Source: Leucoraja ocellata (taxonomy: Eukaryota). From it: a stretch of 64,000 nt of DNA. Position 1 is the first letter of the stretch. Each line of letters starts with the position of its first letter. Positions 1 through 13,004 of the stretch are shown piece after piece. The position numbers were made by a program, and so were the translations under genes. Under the pieces are notes generated by a model. It did no database searches and was not told where the DNA came from. It saw nothing but the letters and a program-made list of their open reading frames with translations. The stretch is taken from contig JAWMAR010000065.1 of assembly GCA_036785375.1 (NCBI GenBank), positions 6,820,001 to 6,884,000 of the forward strand, read 5' to 3'.

Positions 1-199
1 GGTTGACAGAAACAGAATCAATCACTGGCCTCAAGAGGGGGTTGAATAGACATTGATTCAGACTATGGTGAGAGACAGTGGGAAAGGACCAAGAAGATTG
101 CCATACTTGGAGCTGGTGAAACGTGGCTGCTTTCCATGTGGTAACCACTCTGTTTTCAAACAGTGAACAAACTAAAACCAACCTGAAATCCGTATATCA

Positions 200-461
200 G
201 CGTACACACATTTAAAGTGCTGTAATATTAACTTAGCTCATTAAAATAGTATTGTACATTAGGTTATTAAGTTATTATTGTCATGCCACTATCAAATGCA
301 TCTAGCCACCAGATAAGATTGATCATTGATCTGTTAATGTATTTTTAAAGGCACATGTGGCATTCTGAAACCAAAATAAACAAACGTGTTAATTCTAAAA
401 TGGTATTTATTGCTGGTGGAAAAGATAATTAGTTTTCCAAGTCAGGAGTGAGTTGTTGGTG
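200..461. repeat. Copy 1 of a ~260-bp direct duplication (copy 2 at 6131-6395)
   Basis: Alignable end to end with 6131-6395; 312-370 is identical to 6246-6304. Confidence 0.9.
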
Positions 462-626
462 GGATAAGGGAGAGAGAACCGGAGGACATGGGTCAGGTTA
501 TAAAAGCAAAGTAAATAAGGGATTTATCTGCCAGGGGTCCCTGTTCAGCACTGGGTTACAAAAACATGGTTGCCCAGAGATGATTATTCCTCAGGACAAC
601 TTAGTTCAATTCTCCCTTAAGGCCAA

Positions 627-1003
627 GATAGACACAAAATGCTGGAGTAACTCAGCGGGGCAGGCAGCATCTCTGGAGAGAATGAATGGGTGAGGTTCGG
701 TTCAAGTCCCTTCTTCAGTCTGAAGAGGGGTCTCGACCCGCAACATCACCCATTCATAAGGTCATGGGCCGGAGTAAGGAATCGGAGTAGTATTAGGCTG
801 TTCGGCCCATCAAATCTAGTCTGCCATTCAATCATGGCTGATCTATCTTTCCCTCCTAACCCCATATTGCCTTCTCCCCATAACCTCTGACGCCTGTACT
901 AATCAATAATTCCTCTCCAGAGATGCTGCCTGTCCCACTGAGTTACTCTAACATTTTGTGTCTGTCTTTGGTGTAAACCAGCATCTGCAGTTCCATCTTA
1001 CAC
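627..1003. mobile_element. Penelope-derived fold-back element with decayed hammerhead core, interrupted by a CR1 3'-UTR fragment (~757-908, minus)
   Basis: Arms agatagacacaaaatgctggagtaactcagc / gagttactctaacattttgtgtct; centre cttcttcagtctgaagaggggtctcgaccc. Confidence 0.75.
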
Positions 1004-1359
1004 ATTTCCCTTTGGGCTCCAAAGGAGGTCTGCACAGGAAATTACATCAGCCTAAGCATGGCAGCTGTTGACATCATGTCAATCGTACCAAGGTGGCTCA
1101 CATCTAATCAAATGTATGTCTGTGGCGGTGATTCCAAGGGCACTTCATTGCAGGTTGTCAATTTTTAATTGTGTAACACTGAAAGAAACAGCATTCCACA
1201 ATTGACTTTTTGGGAAATAGATTTTAGTTAGCAAGGATAATTAGAGTTATTGGACAAAAGCAAATGGAAACAATTGAGCTATTTATTTAAATAAATGTGG
1301 TGACTAACTCAATGGTCTGACATGTAAGGAAAGTACTTATTTTGACCTTGCATCGTTTG

Positions 1360-4140
1360 CTAACACAAGAGGCTGCAGATGCTCCAGGGTGACCAAGGCT
1401 GGGAGCTGAACATCCAGGGATATTCAATATTCAGGAGGGATAGACAGAAAGGAAAAGGAGGTGGGGTAGCGTTGCTGGTTAGAGAGGAGATTAACGCAAT
1501 GGAAAGGAAGGACATTAGTTTGGAGGATGTGGAATCGATATGGGTAGTGCTGCGAAACACTAAGGGGCAGAAAACGCTGGTGGGTGTTGTGTACAGGCCA
1601 CCTAACAGTAGTAGTGGTTGGGGATGGCATCAAACAGAAAATTAGAAATGCGTGCAACAAAGGTAAAACAGTTATAATGGGTGACTTCAATCTACATATA
1701 GATTGGGTGAATCAAATTGGCAGGGGTGCCGAGGAAGAGGATTTCTTGGAATGTTTGCGGGATATTTTTCTAAACCAACATGTAGAGGAACCAACGAGAG
1801 AGCAGGCTATTCTAGACTGGGTATTGAGTAATGAGGAAGGGTTAGTTAGCAGTCTTGTTGTGCGTGCCCCCTTGGGCAAGAGTGACCATAATATGGTTGA
1901 GTTCTTCATTAGGATGGAGAGTGACATTGTTAATTCAGAAACAATGGTTCTGAACTCAAGGTAACTTTGAGGGTATGAGACGTGAATTGGCCAAGATTGA
2001 CTGGCAATTAATTCTTAAAGGGTCGACGGTGGATATGCAATGGAAGGCATTTAAAGACTGCATGGATGAACTACAACAATTGTTCATCCCAGTTTGGCAA
2101 AAGAATAAATCAGGGAAGGTAGTGCATCCGTGGATAACAAGCGAAATCAGGGATAGTGTCAAAGCAAAAGATGAAGCGTACAAATTAGCCAGAAAAAGCA
2201 GCCTACCAGAGGACTGGGAGAAATTCAGAGACCAGCAGAGGAGGACAAAGGGCTTAATTAGAAAAGGGAAAATAGATTATGAAAGAAAACTGGCAGGGAA
2301 CATAAAAACTGACTGCAAAAGTTTTTATAGATATGTGAAGAGAAAGAGATTAGTTAAAACAAATGTAGGTCCCTTGCAGTCAGAAACAGGTGAATTGATC
2401 ATGGGGAACAAGGACATGGCGGACCAATTGAATAACTACTTTGGTTCCATCTTCACTAAGGAAGACATAAATAATCTGCCGGAAATAACAGGGGACCGCG
2501 GGTCAAAGGAGATGGAGGAACTGAGTGAAATCCAGGTTAGCCAGGAAATGGTGTTAGGTAAATTAAATGGTTTAAAGGCCGAAAAATCCCCAGGGCCAGA
2601 TAGGCTGCATCCCAGAGTACTTAAGGAAGTAACTCCAGAAATAGTGGATGCATTAGTGATAATTTTTCAAAACCCTTTAGATTCTGGAGTAGTTCCTGAG
2701 GATTGGAGGGTAGCTAATGTAACCCCACTTTTTAAAAAGGGAGGGAGAGAGAAAACAGGGAATTACAGACCAGTTAGTCTAACATCGGTAGTGGGGAAAT
2801 TGCTAGAGCCAGTTATTAAAGATGGGATAGCAGCACATTTGGAAAGTGGTGAAATCATTGGACAAAGTCAGCATGGATTTACGAAAGGTGAATCATGTCT
2901 GACAAAACTTATAGAATTTTTCGAGGATAAAACTAGTAGAGTGGACAGGGGAGAACCAGTGGATGTGTTATATCTGGACTTCCAGAAGGCTTTCGACAAG
3001 GTCCCACATAAGAGATTAGTATACAAACTTAAAGCACACGGTATTGGGGGTTCAGTATTGATGTGGATAGAGAATGGCTGGCAAACGAAGCAAAGAGTAG
3101 GAGTAAACGGGTCCTTTTCACAATGGCAGGCAGTGACTAGTGGGGTACCCCAAGGCTCAGTGCTGGGACCCCAGCTATTTACAATATATATTAATGATTT
3201 GGACGAGGGAATTGAATGATGACACGAAGCTGGGGGGCAGTGTTAGCTGTGAGGAGGATGCTAGGACGCTGCAAGGTGACTTGGATAGGCTGGGTGAGTG
3301 GGCAAATGCATGGCAGGTGCAGTATAATGTGGATAAATGTGAGGTTATCCACTTTGGTGGCAAAAACAGGAAAGCAGACTATTATCTAAACGGTGGCCGA
3401 TTAGGAATAGGGAAGATGCAATGAGACCTGGGTGTCATGGTACACCAGTCATTGAAAGTAGGCAGGCAGGTGCAGCAGGCAGTGAATAAAGTGAATGGTA
3501 TGTTAGCATTCATAGCAAAAGGATTTGAGTATAGGAGCAGGGAGGTTCTACTGTACAGGGTCTTGGTGAGACCACACCTGTAGTATTGTGTACAGTTTTT
3601 GTCTCCAAATCTGAGGAAGGACATTATTGCCATAGAGGAAGTGCAGAGAAGGTTCACCAGACTGATTCCTGGGATGTCAGGACTTTCATATGAAGAAAGA
3701 CTGGATAGACTCGGCTTGTACTCGCTAAAATTTAGGAGATTGAGAGGGGATCTTATAGAAACTTACAAAATTCTTAAGGGGTTGGACAGGCTAGATGCAG
3801 GAAGATTGTTCCCAATGTTGGGGAAGTCCAGGACAAGGGGTCACAGCTTAAGGATAGAGGGAAAATCCTTTAGGACCGAGATGAGAAAAACATTTTTCAC
3901 ACACAGAGTGGTGAATCTCAGGAACTCTCTGCCACAGAAGGTAGTTGAGGCCAGTTCATTGGCTATATTTAAGAGGGAGTTAGATGTGGTCCTTGTGGCT
4001 AAAGGGATCAGAGGGTATGGAGAGAAGGCAGGTACGGGATACTGAGTTGGATGATCAGCCATGATCATATTGAATGGCGGTGCAGGCTCGAAGGTCCAAA
4101 TGGCATACTCCTGCACCTATTTTCTATGTTTCTATGTTTC
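1360..4140 (+). mobile_element. CR1-clade LINE, 5'-truncated, frameshifted ORF2 (APE endonuclease + reverse transcriptase)
   Basis: GGGVAL, VYRPP, MGDFN, SDH (APE); [38 protein letters not shown] (RT); 3' tail ttctatgtttctatgtttc. Confidence 0.97.
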
Positions 4141-4526
4141 TTGAGCAAAATCTAAAGTGCTAGAAGAACTCATTGGGTCAGGCAGCATCTGAGGAGGACA
4201 ATGGGAAGACAGTATTTTGCGTAATCAGTGAGAAGATGGTTCCTAATCTGAAGCATCGTCCGTCCATATCCATCAGCAGATGTTGCCTAACCCACTGCGT
4301 TTCTCCAGCACTCTGTTTTTTTGTGGAAAATAGACATAAAAAGCTGGAGTAACTCAGCGGGGTCAGACAGCATCTCTGGAGAAAAGGAATAGGTGACGTT
4401 TCGGGCCGAGACCCTTCTTCAGACCCGAAACGTCACCAAATCTTTTTCTTCAGACATGCTGTGTTTCTCCAGCTTTTTGTATCTATCTTCGGTTTAAACC
4501 ACCATCAGCAGTTCCTTCCTACACAC
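4140..4526. mobile_element. Two adjacent Penelope-derived fold-back elements; intact hammerhead-like core on the minus strand at 4395-4422
   Basis: Minus strand reads ctgaagaagggtctcggcccgaaacgtc; arms as at 627-1003. Confidence 0.75.
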
Positions 4527-5827
4527 TTTGTTTTTTGTGTCATCTTTTGTAGCCAACTTCAGGAATATGCAAAATTAACGCATCTCAGGGCTAAACTGAC
4601 TTAGGGACGGAATTGAGCTTGGAGATATATTTATTTTTGTGGTTCCCGGTTACGTTGGGTGACTGGTCTAAATGATGCCTAAGAGTTGATCCTGCCTGCT
4701 GGCCTTGCCATCCTTAAATCAATGTCATCACACAGCAGAGTTAAAACCAAGTTGAGATTTGTCACTTGGTTTTGGCCAGACTACACTGCAGCAAAATTCC
4801 TCTGCCTTATCAGGTTGAGCACACATGTAAAACCGCAATGGTTCCAGGTATTTAAATTGGTGTGCAGCCAAAGCACAGCTGGAAGGGTAGAACAGTTTTG
4901 GGGTATGCTTTATCTCGTACTCGCATTTACATTTCTTGCTAAAATGTTGTGACTATCTTAACATTGAAAGACTAATTCTATGCACCTGCATTTACCAAAG
5001 ATACAGTTGTAGCTTTGTCTATCTTCTTGCTTCCTTTTAGCATGACCTTATTGTCTTATAGGCTCAAATAATATGTTGCATTGTAATATTGAAAGGAAAA
5101 GTAAATGAAGGTGAGGTATTTTCCCTTCTTCTGAATGATGACCTGGTACCATGTCTTGCTGGCTGATCAGGCAGGGTTACTCAGTGGTGACTTAGGTGAG
5201 TGTTGAACTTCATAGGAGGAATGCACAAGCAGAATGTGTGGGCAAATGGCCCACTTGGCAGTATCCTCATTAACAAAGGACAAAGATTTGATGGTTGTTT
5301 GTGCAGCGCGAGATATCTCAACTACGCATTTAAAGGTGAAAAATCGAATTAAAATATTGGGAGTGTATTCAATTGACAGAAAATATTTTCAATGCATATA
5401 TTAATTTAAATATATCTGGCAAGAATATATAGTAAAATGTACCTCTTAATTTATAATCAGCATCAATGTGTCATTCAGTCAAATTTCACATCCAAGGAGG
5501 TTACTGTGTACTGTTTAATTTTCTATCGTTTGTGACTCACAAAAGAGAGTTTTGAATGTGAAGTAGAGAAGTTATTGAAAAACAAAGCGTGCCCACACAT
5601 GCCAGTAATTTTTGACTAAAATGAAAATTTCAACATTTTATTTGGGTGCTGACTACAATATAAAAACGTGTTACATCATTGCTAACAGTGTAGAAATGCA
5701 GGCAGCTGCCACTGGCTGTAAATCTAGTTCATTATGTACACAGATCCATAAAATAAACTGGAAGTAGAAAACAATCTGGTGAAAATGGAATTTGATAAAT
5801 CGGTCTCTCCTAGTCTTGCAAAAAGAT

Positions 5828-6128
5828 TTAGTTTTAGTTTTAGAGATACAGCATGGAAACAGGCCCGTCTGGGTCTGCACCGACCATCAATCCCCGCACA
5901 TGAACACTATCCTACACCCACTCGGGACATTTTTTTACATTTACCAAGCCAATTAACCTGCACGTCTTGGAGTGTGGGAGGAAACCGAATATCACGGAGA
6001 AAACCCACGCAGATCACGGGGAGAAAGTACAAACTCCGTACAATCAGCACCCATAGTCAGGATCGAACCTGGGTCTTCGGCGCTGTATTCACTGTAAGGC
6101 AGCAACTCTACCGCTTGCGCCACCGTGA
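5828..6128 (-). mobile_element. tRNA-derived V-SINE (HE1-like)
   Basis: (tttag)n tail at left, V-domain-like core, tRNA-like head with B-box (ggttcgatcc on minus) at right. Confidence 0.9.
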
Positions 6129-6130
6129 TC

Positions 6131-6395
6131 GCATATACACATTTAAATAAGTGTTGTAATATTAACTTAGCTCACTAAATTAGTATTGTCTATTAGGTTA
6201 TTAAGTTATTATTGTCATGCCACTAACTTCTGCATTTAACCACCTGATAAGATTGATCATTGATCTGTTAATGTATTTTTAAAGGCACATGTGGCATTCT
6301 GAAAACAAAATTAAAAAATGCATTAATTCTAAAATGTTATTTATTGCTGGATGAAAAGAAAATTAGTTTTCCAAGTCAGGAGTGAGTTGTTGGTG
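6131..6395. repeat. Copy 2 of the ~260-bp direct duplication
   Basis: Matches 200-461. Confidence 0.9.
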
Positions 6396-6699
6396 AAAAT
6401 ATCAAGCATTTTACCAATTGACCAAAGAAGAGCAACAGGCAAGGAAGCAATACAGGCTGAGAGGATGTTGACCAGAGGCATCGATGGGAAGAAGGGATGG
6501 ACTGGTCCAGTACATTGTAAGGGGGATGAGGAACTGACTACAGTAATGGGGAGGGGGAGGGGGAGGGGGAAGGGAGGCAGGCATCATTGCTGAAGAGGGA
6601 AGGATCCAGTTGGGAACACTGGCATGAGGGTAGTGGGATGAGGAAGGGGGGGGGGGGGGGGGGGGGGGTATGAGGATGACAAGCCACATACAGATTCAG

Positions 6700-7370
6700 A
6701 GCAGCACTAGCTACTCAGTCTCGCAAACCCGTCCCACCAGCTGATCTAACTCAGCCTGGTTGGTGGAATGGACTTGAGAGGCATGCTCAGTCCTGCATTC
6801 CCATGGCAGCGTTTTGCTATCTCTTCAAAGTATTCAACACCTCTGCTTCCACTGCCCTTTGAGGAAGAGACTTTCAAATGCCCGGTATCCTCATGCGACA
6901 CACAATTTTATCTCCTTTCAAATTTGTAACCATGATCTTTAGTTTTATATTCTCCCACAAGAGGATCGTCATATCCATATCCAACCTGGTAAGACTGCTG
7001 AAGATCTTATATGTTTCAGGCAAATCCCCTCTCACGTTTCTAAACAGATACAAACTGAGCCAGTACAACTTTTTTCCACATAAGGCAACCCACACCTTCC
7101 AGGTATTAGTCCAGTAAACCATAAGATATAGAACAGTATAGCACAGGAACAGGCCCTTCAGCCCACAATGTCTGTGCCAAAAATAATCGCCTCTGCCTGC
7201 AGATGATCCATTTCCTGTATATCCACGTACCTTTTTAAATGACTATGTTGTATCTGCCTCCACCACCACTCCTGACAGCATGTTCCAGGTATGAATTACC
7301 TGGGTATTAAAACTTTGTCCCACAACTTTGTCTCTGTTCAATCTTGGCCCTCTCAACCTCCTCTGAACTG
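6700..7370 (-). mobile_element. Old CR1 3' fragments
   Basis: Minus-strand translation RGDLPETYKIFSSLTRLD; CR1 3'-UTR motifs. Confidence 0.7.
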
Positions 7371-8162
7371 CTCCAAAACATTTACTATCACAAATAAAGG
7401 TACCATACCAGCTAACTGAAGAATAACCTATTGTGTATATTCAGTTGTCCCTGTCATTATTGATAACGTTCTCATATCTTTCCAAATGACTTGCTCTTCC
7501 TGCAGACTAGGCTTCTGCAAATTGTGCATGAAGATAGTCGCATCCCTCTGCAATGCAGATCTCTGCAATTTCTCGCCATTTAGACAATATACTTCCTTTT
7601 ATGGATTGTTAGATACGAGGGATGATAAAAAGAGAAGAATAGACTGTAGATTCATGATAATTCTGTCGTTGGGAATAAATTGAGGAGCAGCAACGCAACT
7701 CATTAGTTGAATTATATGAGATGGCTCCTCTGCAACTTTGGAGCAGTGGAGAAATGAAAAAATGTGCAAAGGCAAGTAGTTTGCAGGTAGTGATGGGTTT
7801 AATTTTACTCCTCAGTTACTCCTGCATCCATTCCAGGAAGGTAATGAGGTGTTGTATTAATATAATGTGCAAATTCTCAGAATCCATCTTTGCTAATATG
7901 AAATATTGATCTCCCGTTCCACTTAATCTTTATTATTCATAAACAAAGCAAAAACCATTTCAAGGTTATTGCACCCTAATACATTAAAGTGGAATTTTGC
8001 AGGACACAACAATGTACCTTCAGTCCAAATAAGGAATAATGTCAATATCTACAAGTCACAGGAACTCAGCAGGTTATCTTAATCTTCATAATTATAACTT
8101 GTTGCTGTTTGCCACACTGCACATACCAATATTCCCATTTAAAGAGTCAAGAACCCAAGAAC

Positions 8163-8457
8163 AAGGTTAATTCCTGGGATGGCGGGACTGTCATATGCTG
8201 AGAGAGTGGAGCAGCTGGGCTTGTATACTCTGGAGTTTAGAAGGATGAGAGGGAATCTTATTGAAACATATACATTTATTAAGGGTTTGGACATGCTCGA
8301 GGCAGGAAACATGTTCCCGATGTTGGGGGAGTCCAGAACCAGGGGCCACAGTTTCAGAATAATGGGTAAGCTATTTAGAACAGAGACGAGGAAACACTTT
8401 ATCTCACAGAGAGTTGTGAGTTTGTGAAATTTTCTGCCTCAGGAGGAGGCCGGTTCT
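8163..8457 (+). mobile_element. CR1 ORF2 C-terminal fragment
   Basis: GMAGLSYAERVEQLGLYTLEFRRMRGNLIETY...SRTRGHS. Confidence 0.92.
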
Positions 8458-10813
8458 AAGTGGTGTAATTTGCATAATTTGCAAATTAGCTTCCGCCATT
8501 AGAGAAAATTCATATTTCATAATTTATTTCATAAATTCAGGAACATGGCAACTTGTCTAACTGGTAGAAGTGGTACTCCACAGTTCAGTCCAGAAACCTC
8601 ACTATGTAAGAGCTCACTGGTATGACCTACAACACCAGTGAACAGCACAAAGACACATCCAAGTCCAGACAAGAACGAAACACAGAGGACACCTACAAGT
8701 TAATTGGATCCTTCAAAGAATGGGGATCCATTCAGTAGTGAGCCATCCCTGCATAACATTGTGAGTGGTGTTGCTGCACAAAGTGAATGCCAACAAGGCA
8801 AGGTCTGTAGGCCAGTGGATACTAGAGTCAATGGTTGGGAAAAATGTGAACGAGTCCTCTTTCCAAAGGAAGAGTCAAGCAGTCACACTTGGATCCAAGA
8901 CAACTGTTGTCATTGGTGGAAATCCAGTTCAGGTCGATCCACAGTTGCTTTTTCAGCAGCTGAGTGTTATCGCCACTCGAGAAGATCAGGTAGGTCCAAC
9001 AGCCTTGTTTTATCCCACAGCATTATTTGACAATGTGGGGCTGCCCAGAGAGACAAACAAAGCGGCACAAGGTGATGCCCTTTGGGAAATGGTGAAACAG
9101 GATCAGACCGACCCTACTGCTGATGATCTACATTATGTGCTTGATGGTGGTGCATTCTTGCAAGATCTACCATGATCGTGAGGTCAAACCTTTGAGACCA
9201 TTTGTCATATGTATGTCGCATATGTGTCAAATCGGTATGGAAAGGCAACCATTGTCTTCAATGGTGAAGATGGGCCTGCCATCAAGGATGCTACATACTG
9301 CAGACACACTGGCAGCTCCAAGGGACCAAATGTGATATTCGCAGGAGAGACTTTGCTGAAGCTGAAGAGATATGAGTTTCTCGTCAACAAAGTAAACAAA
9401 CAAAGGTTTCTTCATATGCTGGGTTCCTTCCTTGAGGGGGCTGCGCTGCACAACGACCCATGCCAAAGATATCCTGATCGTCAAGACAACAGTAGAGTCA
9501 GCGAAGGTTGTTGGTGATGATACAGATCTGCTTATCCTGTTGTGCTACCAAGGAGATGCAATCAAGAAGGAGATATTCATGAAACCTGAAACCAAAGCCA
9601 ACACCAAAAAGCACAGGGTATGGAGCATAAAGAAGACAATTATTTATTGGGAAATAAAATCTGTTCCAGACTACTCTTCGTACATACATTGCTTGGATGT
9701 GATACAACATCGAGTTTTTGGTGGAGGCAATGCAGAAGCCGTAAAGCAAGTCCAGAACAATGTTGATTTCCAGCAAGTTGCCGACCTGTTTGCAAATGAA
9801 GGTGCTGCAAAGAAAGATATAATTGATGCAAGAGAGAAAGCCCTAGTCTACATCTTTAATGGCAAGAAGGGTGAAGGTATAGATGCTCTGCGGTACAAGC
9901 GCTTCTGTGAGAAGGTGGCAAAAAGCAACACATTCGTGGAGCCTCAGACATTGCTGCCAACATCTGCTGCTACACAGTATTATAGTCTGCGAGTATACTT
10001 TCAGATTCAGACCTGGAAAGAGACGACGGGATAATTGAAAGCAGAAGAATGGAGATGGAAGATCACTGATGGTCAATTAATGCCAGTACAGACACATCTC
10101 CCTGCTGCACCAGAGAAGTTGACCAAGATATTCAGGTGTAACTGTAAGACCGGGTGCAACACCAGAAGATGCACCTGCAAGAGTATTCCCATTGACTGCA
10201 CATGGATGTGTGGAGTGTGTAAAGGTCTAAGATGTGGAAATGCATCTCGGGTGGAGATAGATGACAGGAGTGCTGCTGAGTGATGTTGCCTGAAATTTCA
10301 CGAAGAACCCACTAGTCAAGTTATAGTTGTGAAAATGTATGTAAAATATGGCTGTTCTAATCTAGATTGGGTGACACCACCTTAAATATTCCAGGTATTA
10401 CTTCTTGCTGCTTTATCCAATTTACCATGCTTGCTTTCTTTTGACTTTATGTTTCAATTCCATTTTTGTATCAGACATCGGATGCAAAGATGTCAGACAA
10501 TTTTTATTTTATCTGACTGAAAAAGTTAAATCATGAAACTCATAATATGAACCTGTGAATATCTTCATCATTTTCACAGAACATGGTTTTGGATACTGGA
10601 ATTGCTGCTTATATTACAAATGACACAGGAAATTATGAATTTTCTCTAATGGCAGAAGCTAATTTGCATATAATGCAAATTACACCACTTTCCTATGCTA
10701 GGATTTTTTAGGACTTTTAGTATGGTATTTAGGGAACCATACTGTAATTCACTGCAGTAAAGTAAATTATTTTGCAATTAGTGGTGGGTGAAGGCATTAC
10801 TTTGACTGGACTA
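8458..10813 (+). mobile_element. Academ-like (AcademX-type) DNA transposon remnant; outer part of the left terminus missing
   Basis: ~58-bp inverted repeat 8458-8515 / 10633-10690; right end ...tttgactggacta (TAG...CTA-type terminus); encodes XPG/FEN1-like and Cys-rich domains. Confidence 0.8.
8620..10283 (+). pseudogene. Frameshifted transposon protein: XPG/PIN-like nuclease plus C-terminal 9-Cys (CXC/tesmin-like) zinc finger
   Basis: YVLDGGAFL, GDDTDLLILL, out-of-frame LLFVHTLLGCDTTS (9671-9712), LPTSAA..YSLRVYFQIQTW, CNCKTGCNTRRCTCKSIPIDCTWMCGVCKGLRC. Confidence 0.8.
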
Positions 10814-10974
10814 ATAATATGTTCATAGTAATTTACCAAGATTGTGCTGAAAAATTGTCACCTATTATTAAAGCACTTAATATTTTATTACCATGATACT
10901 TAGTAAAGTTTGTATTGTAATATCCATGTGCAATGCTTTGTCACAAAATATATGTCCTAGTAGAAGTAGCTTTC

Positions 10975-11245
10975 ATAGAGTCATAGAGTGTGGAACCTGG
11001 ACTTTCGGCCCAATCTGCCTGCATCGATCAACATGTCCCATATACACTGGTCCCACTTGCCTGCGTATGGCCCATGTCCCTCCAAACCTGTCCTATCCAT
11101 GTACCTAATTGCTTCTTAAATGTTGCGATCGTCCCTGCCTCAACTACCTCATCCGGCAGCTCGTTCAGTATACCCATGAAAAAATTACCCCTCAGATTTC
11201 TATATAATCTTTTCCCCTTAATCTTAAACCTATGCCCTCTGATTT
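10975..11245 (-). mobile_element. CR1/HER1-like 3' end
   Basis: catagagtcatagag tail and cctgcctcaactacctc motif shared with other copies in the window. Confidence 0.85.
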
Positions 11246-11709
11246 AGTGGCTTTCTTTCTGAAATTCTGCTTTGTAATCTCACCTTTCGTATCATTGCAT
11301 AATAAGTTCTGCCCGTGTAGCCATCTGTATGTTAAATGTCAAGGCGTTACATGCTAATGACATTGACATCTTCAGTATGCAGCTGAGCCTTGTTAATTGC
11401 TACATTCTATGAAGGAGAGCGTGTGTTAGTTTACATCATTATCACTGCTCTTCCTGTCCTATCTATCCACCACATGTGCCCCACTCCGCCAAGGTTCAAA
11501 CACTCTTGTATCAGTTTCCACACCCAGCTCAACATCACCACAGTTTATTTTCTTTCAGGCGATTCTGTTCGACCAACAGTTAGCATTGGATAAATAAAAA
11601 CCATCAGCAGACAGTAATGCAGAAAGTTGATTGCATAAATATTTTGTGAAAACCTATCCCTACACTTCCTCTCTCACTGCTTCTTGGGATCCCAGAAGCC
11701 CTTCCAGGT

Positions 11710-11884
11710 TTTAATTTTAACTTTAGAGATACAGCGTGGAAACAAGGCCCCTTCGGCCCATCGAGTCCATGCTGACCAACAATCACCGGTTAACTGGTTC
11801 TACCCCAGTGTACTGGAGCCAATTTACAGAAGCTAATTAAACTACAAATCTAAATGTCTTTGGAATGTGGGAGGAAACCGGAGT
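11710..11884 (-). mobile_element. V-SINE 3' half
   Basis: tttagagatacagcgtggaaacaaggcccc...gtgggaggaaaccgg. Confidence 0.85.
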
Positions 11885-12290
11885 AATGTTCATACTGTTG
11901 AGTTGTAGGCTTCTCAAGCAGAATATGGGGTGCTGTTAATCCGGGCTGTGTGACTCCTCACTCGTGCAATGGAGGAGGCCAAGGAAGAAAAGGTCAGTAT
12001 GGGAATGGGAACCAGGTTCTCCGACAGGTCTTGAAGAAACAAGGACACGTAGAAACCAGGAATCTGAAGAAGTGTCCCCACCCGAAATGTCACCTATCCA
12101 TGTTCCCCAGAGATGCTGGCTGACCCGCTGAGATACTCCAGCACTCTGTGTCTTCCCAGCACGTCTTGTTGGTCAGAGCACACGTATTTGGCAAACGGTC
12201 ACCTGGTCTCCACCGACGCTGCCTGACCTGCTGTATTCATCCAGCACTGTGTTTTTTACTCAAGATCCCAGCATCTGCAGTTTCTCCAAC
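11885..12290 (-). mobile_element. Penelope-like element remnant (GIY-YIG endonuclease C-terminus) with hammerhead-bearing pLTR pieces
   Basis: Minus translation SHSHTDLFFLGLLHCTSEE...QHPIFCLRSLQLNSMNI resembles the Penelope GIY-YIG C-terminus; ctgaagaagtgtccccacccgaaatgtc at ~12064. Confidence 0.7.
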
Positions 12291-13004
12291 CACGTGGTGC
12301 AAATGTCATCTAGCATTTGGTGTTTGCCAACCCAACTGTATGTTGCTGCTGCTACGTGTATGTTGGCAAGACTGGTTCATTTTCACCGACACACCTGGCC
12401 TTATCACAGTGGGTGGACTTTGCTGGTGGTAAAATAATAGCAGATACTCTGGAAATATTCAGCAGGTTCAGAAGCATTTTTCTAGGAAGATAAACTGATA
12501 AATAATATTTCAGTTGAATTACCTTTCACTTCTTTGTAAAGCTCAATAACCTGAAACATTAACAGGAGCAGCAGCTTCATGTGCTGTATCCCCTCTGCTT
12601 TGCTCTATATTGTATTCCCTGCATCTACAATGCTTACATTTTTTCTACCATCATCTCCACGGTCAAAGAAATTTGACCTCTGGCCAATACAACCATTTTG
12701 CAATGGATGGAGATGGAGAGGGGGTGCAGGAAGGTGAAATTACCTACCCACCATTATTGACTTAAGATCTGCATGCACTTAGTCTAGTTCTCCCACTAGA
12801 CTAAGTGGGACCTGTTGGGTCCCATTTTCACATGGGAGGGCTGGTCCCCCAACACAATATTCCACCTCTCCACCAATTCCAGTATTGGTGGTCAGTGGGG
12901 TGGGGGGGGCTTTCTGGAGTGGGTAGTATGGGTATTGTGGGCCGAAGGGACTGGTTTCCAGAGGGCTAGTACAGACATTGTGGCCCGAACGGATTCTTGA
13001 ATTC

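Noticed and set aside
1975-3219. 414-aa ORF as a host gene or novel RT system
   Set aside because: It is a CR1 ORF2 fragment; a deletion removes the FADD motif region and the flanking frames are broken
10035-10283. Host tesmin/LIN54-type CXC gene
   Set aside because: It lies inside inverted repeats, has no introns and continues a frameshifted XPG-like ORF, so it is transposon-derived
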